DNA of 64,000 nucleotides from an uncultured Verrucomicrobiae bacterium (GTDB lineage: Bacteria > Verrucomicrobiota > Verrucomicrobiia > Chthoniobacterales > UBA10450): assembly GCA_963834385.1 (NCBI GenBank), contig CAWIBO010000002.1:576001-640000 (forward strand), in the 5' to 3' direction. Position numbers and translations under genes: made by a program. The notes beneath the pieces were generated by a model. The model did not search any database and was not told the DNA's origin. It was given only the letters and a program-made list of their open reading frames with translations. This document shows positions 7,154 through 16,260 of the stretch, piece after piece. Numbering within the stretch: position 1 is the first letter of the stretch; each line of letters begins with the position of its first letter.

Positions 7154-9781
7154 GTGACTTTTCTGCCCCGCCTTCTCAGCCTTCTGCGCAACCTCGTCCG
7201 CCGCCGCATGGTTGAGCAGGATCTTCACGAGGAGGTGAACTCCTATGTCGAACTGGCGACCGCCGCGAAAATTCGTGACGGGTCTTCGCCCGCGGAAGCG
7301 CGGCGGGAGGCGCTCATGGAAGTCGGCGGCATGGAGCAGGCGAGGGAACAGGTGCGCCAGGCCCGCATGGGATATTTCCTCGAAAACCGCTGGCGTGATC
7401 TGCGCTTCGCCTTTCGCACTCTGAGCCGGGCACCCTTGTTTTCCTTTTCGGTTTTGCTCGTTCTCGGGCTCGGCCTCGGCAGCACGCTCCTCGTCTTCTC
7501 CATCGTAAACTCCCTCCTGCTGCAGGGGCCGCCTTTCCCCCAGGGCGACCGCCTCCAGATGCTTTGGCAGGATCTTCCCCTCGAAAAGCGGGTTTCATTT
7601 TCGCCCCGCGAGTTTCAAATCTGGCGACAGGAAACGCGGGCTTTTGCCAGCCTCGCGGCCCTGACCGGCACCAGCTACACCGTCACCGGCCGCGGCGAGC
7701 CCTACCTCGCTCCCGCGCTCCGGGTCACTCCCTCTTTTTTCTCCACCCTCGGCACGCGGCCTTTCCTCGGACGCGCCTTCTCGGAGGAAGAAGGCAAGCC
7801 CGGCCGCGAACGGGTCGCGCTCGTCAGTTACGCCTTCTGGCGCGACCGGCTTGGAGGGAGTCGTGATGTTCCCGGCACGGAGCTGCTCCTTGATGGCGAG
7901 AGTCACACCATCGTGGGCGTCATGCCGGAGCGGTTCGATTTCCCCGGCCGCCAGACGAGCGTCTGGGTCCCAGCCGTTCTCGAGACGCCGGCCTTTCAGG
8001 AGCATCTCGACGCTCACTTTCTCCGGGTCGTCGGACGTTTACGGCCCGGCGTCACCCCGGAGGAACTCCGGGCCGAAACGGAGTTGCTCGGTTCGAGGGT
8101 AAACGCGCCGGGGGATGACACGGTCAGAAATTTTTATCCGGTCAGTTTGCAAAAAATGATCCTGGGCGATCTCGAGCGGCCGTTGCTCATCCTCCTGGGC
8201 GCGGCCGGGCTGCTCCTGCTGATCGCCTGCGCCAATGTGGCCAATCTCATGCTGGCACGCGCTCACGCGCGGCGGGGCGAAATGGCCCTCCGCAGCGCCC
8301 TTGGCGCCAGCCACGGTCGACTTGTGGGCCAGCTCCTTACCGAGGCCGGCCTGCTCGCTCTGGGTGGAGGAGCGCTCGGTCTGGCTCTCGCCATGGCCGG
8401 CCTTGATCTCCTGCAGTTGTTCTCTGCGACCAATCTTCCCCAGTTGGCCCAGGCGCGCGTGGATGGATGGTGCCTTCTCCTGGCGGCGACCCTTTCCGCC
8501 GGCAGCGCCATTCTTTTTGGGGTGGGTCCGGCCTGGCATCTTCCCGCCAACACTTTCGAGGCGTGCAAGGGCACGACGCGATCCACCACGTCGCGCAGGG
8601 CGGAGCGCACCCGCCAACTTCTTGTTTTTGTGGAAGTCGCGCTCGCCTGCGTGCTGCTGGTTTCCTGCGGGCTGATGCTTCGAAGCTTTCTGGCCCTTCT
8701 CGCAACCAGCCCGGGATTCCAGCCGCGTAATGTCATTACCGCCGAGGTTTACCTGCCCAAGGAGCGCTACGCCGACAGAGCGGCCATGATCGATCTCTAC
8801 CAGAGTTCCCTGGATAAGCTGCGCGCTCTGCCGGCGGCCGGCGCGACGGCACTGGCCACGCATCTCCCTTTCGCGGGCAATAGTTGGGGGAACAGCTTCG
8901 AGGTTGAAGGCCATCCCATCGCGCCCGGCGATCAGCTCAATGCGCAAATCCGCCCGGTCAGCCCCGGCTACTTCAGCACCCTTGGCATTCCTCTCCGGCA
9001 AGGGCGCGATTTTAAGCAGACCGACAAGGAGGAGGCGCCCGGGGTCGCCATTGTTAATCATTCCTTTGCCCAACGCTTTTGGCCGGACCGAGATCCGCTC
9101 GGGCGCCGGATCCGCTACGCCGGGGCCTGGCTCGAGATCGTGGGGATCTCCGGCAACATCAAGCACGCTCAACTGGAAGCGGCGCCGGAGGCGGAAATCT
9201 ACGTGCCCTATCCACAGGTTCCGGCCGACGTGATTGAATTTGTCGGGCGCGGCTTGCATTACATTGTGCGCACGGAAACGCCCGTGGCCCTGGCGCCGTT
9301 GCTCCGCTCCTCTCTGCACACGCTGGATCCCGACATGGTCGTCGAAACCCGCGCGATGGAAACGTTGATTGCCGGCTCCGTGGCCCAGCCGCGTTTTCGC
9401 ACCTGGCTCATCGGGATTGTTTCGGGCTTCGCCCTGCTTCTGGCTTCTCTTGGCGTTTACGGCGTTATCGCTTACCTCGTGACACAACGTTCCCGGGAAA
9501 TTGGCATCCGGATCGCCCTCGGCGCCACCTACGGCAGTGTGGTGCGCCTTCTTCTGGGAAACACCCTGCGCCTGGCGGCCGCGGGGGTGACCGCCGGTCT
9601 TCTGGCCGCTTTCCTTCTCTCCCGCTTCCTCGGTTCCATCCTTTTTGGCATCGCGCCGCATGATCCGCTGACGTTCACCGCGGTACCCGTTTTCCTTCTC
9701 GCGGTGGCTCTCCTCTCGGGATACCTCCCCGCCCGCCGCGCCGCCCGGATCGACCCGGCCCTCTCGCTCCGGTGCGAGTAG
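7154..9781 (+). CDS. ADOP family duplicated MacB-like ABC permease
   Basis: N-terminal DLxFAxRxL prefix; LLIACANVANL; ExGIRIALGA; PARRAARIDPxxxLR; two MacB_PCD/FtsX halves. Confidence 0.92.
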   Translation: MTFLPRLLSLLRNLVRRRMVEQDLHEEVNSYVELATAAKIRDGSSPAEARREALMEVGGMEQAREQVRQARMGYFLENRWRDLRFAFRTLSRAPLFSFSVLLVLGLGLGSTLLVFSIVNSLLLQGPPFPQGDRLQMLWQDLPLEKRVSFSPREFQIWRQETRAFASLAALTGTSYTVTGRGEPYLAPALRVTPSFFSTLGTRPFLGRAFSEEEGKPGRERVALVSYAFWRDRLGGSRDVPGTELLLDGESHTIVGVMPERFDFPGRQTSVWVPAVLETPAFQEHLDAHFLRVVGRLRPGVTPEELRAETELLGSRVNAPGDDTVRNFYPVSLQKMILGDLERPLLILLGAAGLLLLIACANVANLMLARAHARRGEMALRSALGASHGRLVGQLLTEAGLLALGGGALGLALAMAGLDLLQLFSATNLPQLAQARVDGWCLLLAATLSAGSAILFGVGPAWHLPANTFEACKGTTRSTTSRRAERTRQLLVFVEVALACVLLVSCGLMLRSFLALLATSPGFQPRNVITAEVYLPKERYADRAAMIDLYQSSLDKLRALPAAGATALATHLPFAGNSWGNSFEVEGHPIAPGDQLNAQIRPVSPGYFSTLGIPLRQGRDFKQTDKEEAPGVAIVNHSFAQRFWPDRDPLGRRIRYAGAWLEIVGISGNIKHAQLEAAPEAEIYVPYPQVPADVIEFVGRGLHYIVRTETPVALAPLLRSSLHTLDPDMVVETRAMETLIAGSVAQPRFRTWLIGIVSGFALLLASLGVYGVIAYLVTQRSREIGIRIALGATYGSVVRLLLGNTLRLAAAGVTAGLLAAFLLSRFLGSILFGIAPHDPLTFTAVPVFLLAVALLSGYLPARRAARIDPALSLRCE

Positions 9782-9885
9782 TCGTCGGGGCGAGCTGGAG
9801 CAGAGCCGATTTTTTTGTTCCGATCAGATCGCTCCGCTCGTTGAACGTCGCGGAGCGCGGGGCGCGATCGCGCCAACCTCTCCCC

Positions 9886-12102
9886 TTAAAGCTTGAGAGT
9901 CGCCTGCGCTGAGCTGGTTTCGGCCGTGATGCCGCTGAACTTCTTCACCAGCTCGGCCAGCTTGCCGAGGTAGTAGTCGACGTTCTCGTCGCGGTTCTGC
10001 GGGTCAAAATCGCCGGCCAGCCGCGCGGCTTCGTAGGCGGCCACCTTCTTCGGCGTCGCCTTGATGTAATAGCTGACCTGGTCGCCCGGCTTGTAGGCGC
10101 GGCCGCTGGCCAGGGCCAGCTCGTAGGCCGCGGCCCGGTTTCGCGCCGAGCCGGCAATCTTCTGCCGGTATTTCTCCAGCGAATCCTGCAGGGTGTCGGT
10201 TTTCATCAGCATCTCGATCGGCATGCTCCCTTCCCGGATGCGTTTCTCGTAATCCGCCTGCAAGGCCGGGATCTCCCCCGCCTTCCCCTGCATGATCAAC
10301 CGGATCATTTCCTCGAGGAAAACGCGCTGGAACTTTTCCAGGCCGCGCGATTTGAGCGCGCCCCCCTTGATGATGACCTCGCCTTCCTTCGTCAGGAGCG
10401 CGTAATTCTTTGCCTTGTAGCTGAACATGGCCTCGAACTGTTCGTCGAACTCCACCTCGATCCCGGGCGGCAGTTCGCCGGCCAGGCCTTTTTGCAGCGA
10501 CTCGATCGAGCCCTTCCGGCCCGAGGGCGGGACAAAATAGATGCCGTCGGTATCGACCTCGATCACCTGCGCCCCTTCCGCCTCGAGCCAGGCAATCATC
10601 TTCTTAAGCAGGTCGCGCCCGATCTCCGTGACGCGCGCGGCCGCATCGAAATCGGCAAAATGTCCCTGGGCGAAGCCGAGGTAACCGTAAAAGCTGTTGA
10701 TCAGGATCTTGAAGGTGTTTTGCAGCGCGTGGAAATGCTGGCGGCTGCCCTCCTCCTTCGCTTTCTCGGCCTCGCGCATGCTCGCCTTGGCTTCGAGCCT
10801 GAAGGTGCGCAGATCCGTGAGCAGGCTCCGGAACATCTGCAGCCGGTCGCTCGCGGGCAGGCAATCAAACTGGAGCATGATGGACGGGTAAAGGGAGGCG
10901 ATGTCGCAATGCCAGACGTCGCGCGCCACCCCGGTGAAGAACACCGCGGTGTAGCCGCCCTCGAACCCGCGCACCATCGGCATCTCCGGAATGGAATGGC
11001 GCCGGCGCAGATACTCCCGGAGGAATAGGGCGTTGATACGGGTGGCGTTTCCGCGGACGATGACGTCCTGGTAATTGTAGGGAAAAATCTGCGCCTGGAT
11101 GAAATAACTCGGGCTGAGCAGTTCCACCAACGCGCGCGTTTCCCGCACGCCGCAGAAGGCCCGTTCCCGAAAGATCTCTTCACCCTTCCCGTAGGCCCGC
11201 TGCAGTGGCTTCCCTGTCAGCGCCGAGATCTCGGGCGCGGCGCAAAACCCGAAATGCCGAGCCACCTCCGTCCGCTCGAAGCCGGCGAGGGCCCTCATGC
11301 CCACGTCGTAAAAATGCGCCAGGAGGAAGGTGTCAACAAAGTGGCGCCCATCGACCGTGAACTTCGGGTAATCGATCGTCTTCTCCGCGATCTGGAGGCG
11401 CGACGGGCGGGACCGCAAAAAACCGCCGCTGCGGCCCCAGTCGAGCTTGACCTTGGCCTTGCGCGCCCGCGCCACCAGCAACGGCAGATCGAAACGAAAA
11501 AGATCGTGCCCTTCGATGGTGTCCGGGTCGCGCTCCCGGACGATGGCGGTCAGTCGTTTCAAGGCCGCCTTCTCCGATTCTTCCGGGGCCGCGGCCTCGA
11601 TCGTGATCAGCTCCTCCCAACCGGTCTGATCGGAGAGAACGATGGCCGCGAGCGGTTCCTGCGCCGCCACCGCCAGTTCGGTTTCACCGGTGGCGCTGAG
11701 GACGCTGACCTGAAGCCGCTTCAGTTCGGCGAACTCGAGCCCCTTGAATAGGGTGCGCCCGGTCCGGGTGAGATAATGTTGCACCGGATCGCTCAGGGCA
11801 AAGAAGCCGCGGCCGGCCTGCTTCAGGCCATTCCGGAGCGCGATCAGCTCCTTCCAGCTGCCGGCGGAGACGAGCCAGTTATAGCGCAGGTCGCCCTCGA
11901 GCTTCTCCGCCTCCGCCAGGCCGAGGTCGGAGACATCGCCATCGGCCCAGACAAACGGCTGAAACGGCTCGGTTTCCCGCCGGGTCTCGCCCCCGGCGAG
12001 CCGGCGATAAACGTTGATCGTGCCGGTCTCCCCGAGCTCCACCGCCACGATCCGTTCCGCCGGGTCGGCGCCAAAGAGCAGCTTGTTATCCTCGAAAGCC
12101 AC
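9886..12102 (-). CDS. polB: Family B DNA polymerase (Pol II-like) with degenerate 3'-5' exonuclease motifs
   Basis: Polymerase motifs DIASLYPSI, KILINSFYG, EVDTDG, KNYA and IKG are intact. Confidence 0.9.
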   Translation of the reverse strand: MAFEDNKLLFGADPAERIVAVELGETGTINVYRRLAGGETRRETEPFQPFVWADGDVSDLGLAEAEKLEGDLRYNWLVSAGSWKELIALRNGLKQAGRGFFALSDPVQHYLTRTGRTLFKGLEFAELKRLQVSVLSATGETELAVAAQEPLAAIVLSDQTGWEELITIEAAAPEESEKAALKRLTAIVRERDPDTIEGHDLFRFDLPLLVARARKAKVKLDWGRSGGFLRSRPSRLQIAEKTIDYPKFTVDGRHFVDTFLLAHFYDVGMRALAGFERTEVARHFGFCAAPEISALTGKPLQRAYGKGEEIFRERAFCGVRETRALVELLSPSYFIQAQIFPYNYQDVIVRGNATRINALFLREYLRRRHSIPEMPMVRGFEGGYTAVFFTGVARDVWHCDIASLYPSIMLQFDCLPASDRLQMFRSLLTDLRTFRLEAKASMREAEKAKEEGSRQHFHALQNTFKILINSFYGYLGFAQGHFADFDAAARVTEIGRDLLKKMIAWLEAEGAQVIEVDTDGIYFVPPSGRKGSIESLQKGLAGELPPGIEVEFDEQFEAMFSYKAKNYALLTKEGEVIIKGGALKSRGLEKFQRVFLEEMIRLIMQGKAGEIPALQADYEKRIREGSMPIEMLMKTDTLQDSLEKYRQKIAGSARNRAAAYELALASGRAYKPGDQVSYYIKATPKKVAAYEAARLAGDFDPQNRDENVDYYLGKLAELVKKFSGITAETSSAQATLKL

Positions 12103-12189
12103 GCCGCAACTGAAAGCGGATTAGGGCCGCAGGAAAGGCATAAAACTGGGGATTCCCTCGCGCGGCTTCCGCCGTTATGGTGGCGCCCC

Positions 12190-13530
12190 ATGAGCATTCG
12201 CCTTCCTGTCGGCCTTTTCCTGGTTCTTTTTTCCTTCTCCGCCCTGGCCCAGAAACAGAAGCCGCTGATTGAAGCGGAGATGCCGTCGCTCCTTGGCATC
12301 TACAAACATCTGCACGCCAACCCCGAGCTTTCCACGCAGGAAGCCAAAACAGCCGAGCTGATCGCCAAGGAACTTCGCGCGCTCGGGTGCGAAGTGACGG
12401 AGAAGATCGGGAAATACGAGGAGCCCGGACTCACCGGCTACGGCGTCGTGGGCGTGATGAAAAACGGCGCGGGCCCGACCGTGCTCGTGCGGGCCGACAT
12501 GGACGCGCTCCCGATGCCCGAGGAAACCGGGCTTCCCTACGCGAGCAAGGCGACCGGGCAGACGCCTGACGGCAAGACCGCTCCGATCATGCACGCCTGC
12601 GGCCACGATATTCACATGGCCGCCTTCATCGGGACCGCCCGGACCCTGGCGAAGATGAAAGATCAATGGAAAGGGACGCTCCTTTTCGTGGCCCAGCCGG
12701 CGGAGGAAATCGGGGCGGGCGCCAAAGCGATGCTGGCCGACAACCTCTACGGACGTTTCCCGAAGCCCGACTTCGCCCTGGCGTTGCATGACAACGCGGC
12801 GCTCCCGGCCGGCACCATCGGGCTCGCCGAAGGCTACGCCCTGGCCAATGTCGACACGATCAACATCACCGTGCGCGGCATCGGCGGCCATGGGGCCTAC
12901 CCGCACCTGACGAAGGACCCGGTGGTGGTGGCGGCGCAGACGGTGCTTGCACTGCAAACCATCGACAGCCGGGAGGTCAGCCCGCTCGAGCCGGTGGTCG
13001 TGACCGTGGGCTCGATCCATGGCGGCACCAAGCACAACATCATTTCCGACGAGGTGAAATTGCAGCTGACCGTGCGCACCTACAAACCCGAGGTGAGAGC
13101 GCAAACGCTCCAGGCCATCGAGCGCATCACCAAGGGAATCGCCCTGGCCGCCGGCATCCCCGAGGACCGCGCTCCCACCGTGGAACCGGAAAAGGGTCAG
13201 TCCACCGACGCCACTTTCAACGACCCCAAACTGACCCAGCGGCTGATCGAGGTCTGGAAGAAAACCCTTGGCCCCGACAACGTGAAAATGGTTGAGCCGG
13301 TCATGGGCGGTGAAGATTTCAGCGCCTTTAGCCTGGCCGACCACAGCATCCCGGCCTGCATCTTCTGGGTCGGCGCGGTTGACCCGGCCAAATTTGCCGA
13401 GAGCCAAAAACCGGGCGGGCCCGCGCTTCCCAGTCTGCACTCGAGCAAATTCGCGCCGCTCCCGGAGCCGACCATCCGCACCGGAATCATGGCCATGACG
13501 GCCGCGGTCCTCGACCTGGCCGGGAAATAA
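12190..13530 (+). CDS. Exported M20D amidohydrolase (hippurate hydrolase-like)
   Basis: Start at ATG 12190 with signal peptide; HANPELS, RADMDALP, MHACGHD, QPAEE, GGHGAYPH, MGGEDFS, LHS. Confidence 0.88.
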   Translation: MSIRLPVGLFLVLFSFSALAQKQKPLIEAEMPSLLGIYKHLHANPELSTQEAKTAELIAKELRALGCEVTEKIGKYEEPGLTGYGVVGVMKNGAGPTVLVRADMDALPMPEETGLPYASKATGQTPDGKTAPIMHACGHDIHMAAFIGTARTLAKMKDQWKGTLLFVAQPAEEIGAGAKAMLADNLYGRFPKPDFALALHDNAALPAGTIGLAEGYALANVDTINITVRGIGGHGAYPHLTKDPVVVAAQTVLALQTIDSREVSPLEPVVVTVGSIHGGTKHNIISDEVKLQLTVRTYKPEVRAQTLQAIERITKGIALAAGIPEDRAPTVEPEKGQSTDATFNDPKLTQRLIEVWKKTLGPDNVKMVEPVMGGEDFSAFSLADHSIPACIFWVGAVDPAKFAESQKPGGPALPSLHSSKFAPLPEPTIRTGIMAMTAAVLDLAGK

Positions 13531-13548
13531 CCGCGCTCGCGCCGGACC

Positions 13549-15021
13549 CTATTTCACCCGCACGTTTTTGCGGAGGAAAGTGGGGACGTCGAGGTCCTGC
13601 CCTTCCACGATGGTGGGCTCGCTTTTCTCAAAGCGGCCCCGGGTGATCGGCTCGAATTGCAGCACTTCCTGTTTCGCCACCACCTTCTTCGCCTCTTTCG
13701 CTGTCACCGGCGCCTGTTCCATAGCCGGCTCTGGCTCTGCCGGCGGGGCCGGCGGGGGCGGCGCGAAAATCTTCGGCGTCATGATCTTCTTTCGCGGCGG
13801 CCGGGCGGGCGCAGCCTCTTCCGGCGGCAGATCGGCCGTAGGCTCGTTCTCGGCTGCGGGTTCCGGCGGGAGGAAGGAATCCGTGGAACACTCGATCACG
13901 TCCGCGGCGGCAGGCTCCATCGGAATAGTCTCGGGAGCCGGCGCCGGCGGCGCCACGGGTTGCTGTTCCCAGATGGGCGGTTCCTTCGGCACCTTGGCCA
14001 GGGCCGGCCGCCAGATCTCGTTAGGTGAGTGCACAATCGTTCCCTCCGCCATGAGCGAACTGATCAGGGTCACGCTCAGGCGATTGCCCATGCGGCTGTC
14101 CACCGCCGTCCCGAAGAGGATCTGGGTGTGCTCGCTCACGTGCCGGTTCAATTCCTGCATCAGGATTTCGACCTCGGAAAGGGTCACGCCCGGGCCGCCG
14201 GCAATCTGCACCAGCAGGGTGGCGGCATTCTCGAGCATGCGCCCCTTGTCCATCAGCGGATTCTTCAAGGCAAGTGCCAGCGCTTCGTGCGCCCGGTTGT
14301 CCGAATCGGATTCGCCGAACCCGAAAAGGCAGCGCCCGTTGGGCGCGCGCAGCGCGGAGAGCAGGTCGTCGAACCCGATCCGGATCAGCCCGGGGCGCTG
14401 GATGAGGTTGACGATTGAGCGCACGCTCTGGCTGATGGTGATATCGGCCGCGGCGAAGGCCTGATGAATGCCGGCCTTGGGCGCGACCATGTCGCCCAGA
14501 CGGTCGTTCTCGAAACAGATGACCGCATCGGACTGCTCGCGCAGGCCGCTGAGGGCGATGGCGGCCTGGGCCGCGCGCCGTTTGCCCTCAAACCCGAAGG
14601 GAAGCGTGGCGAAGGTGACCACGAGCGCTCCCGTTTCCCGCGCGAGTTGCGCGATCACCGGGGCGGCGCCTGAACCGGTGCCGCCGCCGAGCCCCGCGCA
14701 GATGAAGATCATGCGCGCGTCAGTAAGGGCGCGCCGGATTTCCTCGGCGGATTCGTGCGCCGCATTGAACCCCAGCTCAGGATCGCCCCCGGTGCCGAGG
14801 CCGCGCGTGACCGAGCGGCCGAGCTGCACCTTGGTCGCGGCGACCGAGCTTGCCAGCGCCTGCGCGTCGGTGTTCATGACAATGAGATCGGCCCGCTCGA
14901 GGCCGTCGAGCACCACCCGGTCGAGGGCGTTGGAGCCGGCGCCGCCGATGCCGACGACCTTGATCGGGATGGATTCATCGCCCCGCTCGGGGAGACTGTA
15001 GTTTCGGCTGAGTTGGATCAT
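13549..15021 (-). CDS. ftsZ: Cell division protein FtsZ (long Pro/Glu linker, atypical T7 loop)
   Basis: IKVVGIGGAG, NTDAQAL, GLGGGTGSG, PFGFEG, C-terminal DVPTFLRK; last gene of the dcw cluster. Confidence 0.95.
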   Translation of the reverse strand: MIQLSRNYSLPERGDESIPIKVVGIGGAGSNALDRVVLDGLERADLIVMNTDAQALASSVAATKVQLGRSVTRGLGTGGDPELGFNAAHESAEEIRRALTDARMIFICAGLGGGTGSGAAPVIAQLARETGALVVTFATLPFGFEGKRRAAQAAIALSGLREQSDAVICFENDRLGDMVAPKAGIHQAFAAADITISQSVRSIVNLIQRPGLIRIGFDDLLSALRAPNGRCLFGFGESDSDNRAHEALALALKNPLMDKGRMLENAATLLVQIAGGPGVTLSEVEILMQELNRHVSEHTQILFGTAVDSRMGNRLSVTLISSLMAEGTIVHSPNEIWRPALAKVPKEPPIWEQQPVAPPAPAPETIPMEPAAADVIECSTDSFLPPEPAAENEPTADLPPEEAAPARPPRKKIMTPKIFAPPPPAPPAEPEPAMEQAPVTAKEAKKVVAKQEVLQFEPITRGRFEKSEPTIVEGQDLDVPTFLRKNVRVK

Positions 15022-15043
15022 GGTTTGGTTTCTCTTTTCGTTG

Positions 15044-16255
15044 TTAGCGCATGCTACTGAGAAGTCCGCGGATCATCCGGGTCAACCGGCCGCTGCGCGG
15101 ACGGTCGACCTGGACGGCCTGGGCGTATTTGATCAGCCCAATGGCGGCGGAGAACTGGGGGTTCTCGAAAGCGGAGGTCAGACCCGACATGGTCTGGGCG
15201 TGGGAGACCCGCGCGGGCAGGTCAAAAACCTCCCCGGCGAGATGGTCGATCCCGGAAAGATGGCTGCACCCGCCGGTGATGAAGATTCCCTCGCCGATGT
15301 AGTTCAGGAAATTTTCCTCCTCCAGCCGGCGCTTGAGCAGTTCGAAGGTCTCGCGCAGGCGCAGATGGATGATGGTGTTGAGGGTCTCGCGCTCCACCTC
15401 CTTGCCGGCGAAACCGGAGTCGTCCTTCAGGATGACCGTTTCGCCCGGGAGACAGTTGCCGAGGATGGCGCTGCCTTCCTCGAGCTTGAGCTTTTCCGCC
15501 CGCGTCATCGGGATGCGCAGTCCCATGGAAATATCGTTGGTGATATGGTCGCCGCCGACGGCGAGGACGCCGCTCTGCTTCACCGCGCCATCCACATAGA
15601 GGATGTAGTCGGTGGTGCCGCCGCCCATGTCGATGACGAGCGCGCCCAGGTTCTTTTGCTGCTGGGTCAGGACCACCTGCGCGGCCGCCAACGGACTGAA
15701 AACGACGTCCTCGACCTCGAGGGGCAGTTCCTTCACACAACGGATCGTGTTCTGGATGCGCGTGCGCACTCCATGGATGATGTGGAAGTCGGCCTCCAGC
15801 TTTTCGCCGAGCAGACCAACCGGGCTGAGGACGCCTTCCTGCCCATCCACGTGGTAATGCTGGATGATGGAATGGAGAAAGGCGTTCTGGGCCGGGATGC
15901 TGACCTCGCGGGCGTTCAGCTTCACATCCTCGATGTCCTGTTCCTCGATCTCGTCGCGGTCCTCGGGCAGGACCACCGTGCCCCGGTTATTGAAACTCTG
16001 GATATGGGCGCCGGTCAGGCCGATGTAAACGCTCCGGATCATGACGTCGCTCTTCTGTTCGGCGTCCACCACGGCCTCGTGCACGCATTTCATGGCCGTC
16101 TCGAAATCGACGATTTCCCCTTTGCGCACACCCCGTGATGGCGCCTGCCCCACCCCCAGGATCTTGACCGTGCCGTCCGGCCGGCTTTCCCCGACCACGA
16201 CACAAATCTTGGAGGTGCCTATCTCAAGGCCGACCATCAGATCGCTACTCGCCAT
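15044..16255 (-). CDS. ftsA: Cell division protein FtsA
   Basis: GLEIGTSKI, SRGVRKG, IDMGGGTTD, GGDHITNDI, ITGG; synteny. Confidence 0.95.
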   Translation of the reverse strand: MASSDLMVGLEIGTSKICVVVGESRPDGTVKILGVGQAPSRGVRKGEIVDFETAMKCVHEAVVDAEQKSDVMIRSVYIGLTGAHIQSFNNRGTVVLPEDRDEIEEQDIEDVKLNAREVSIPAQNAFLHSIIQHYHVDGQEGVLSPVGLLGEKLEADFHIIHGVRTRIQNTIRCVKELPLEVEDVVFSPLAAAQVVLTQQQKNLGALVIDMGGGTTDYILYVDGAVKQSGVLAVGGDHITNDISMGLRIPMTRAEKLKLEEGSAILGNCLPGETVILKDDSGFAGKEVERETLNTIIHLRLRETFELLKRRLEEENFLNYIGEGIFITGGCSHLSGIDHLAGEVFDLPARVSHAQTMSGLTSAFENPQFSAAIGLIKYAQAVQVDRPRSGRLTRMIRGLLSSMR

Positions 16256-16260
16256 TTTTT

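Noticed and set aside
9830..9874. Hairpin CGCTCCGC/GCGGAGCG and 14-bp palindrome between convergent genes as terminator or REP
   Set aside because: No adjacent U-tract and no second copy seen; such GC palindromes arise easily by chance
9886..12102. PolB as part of a casposon, pipolin or prophage
   Set aside because: No cas1, integrase, terminal repeats or phage genes nearby; flanked by ordinary genes with host-like codon usage
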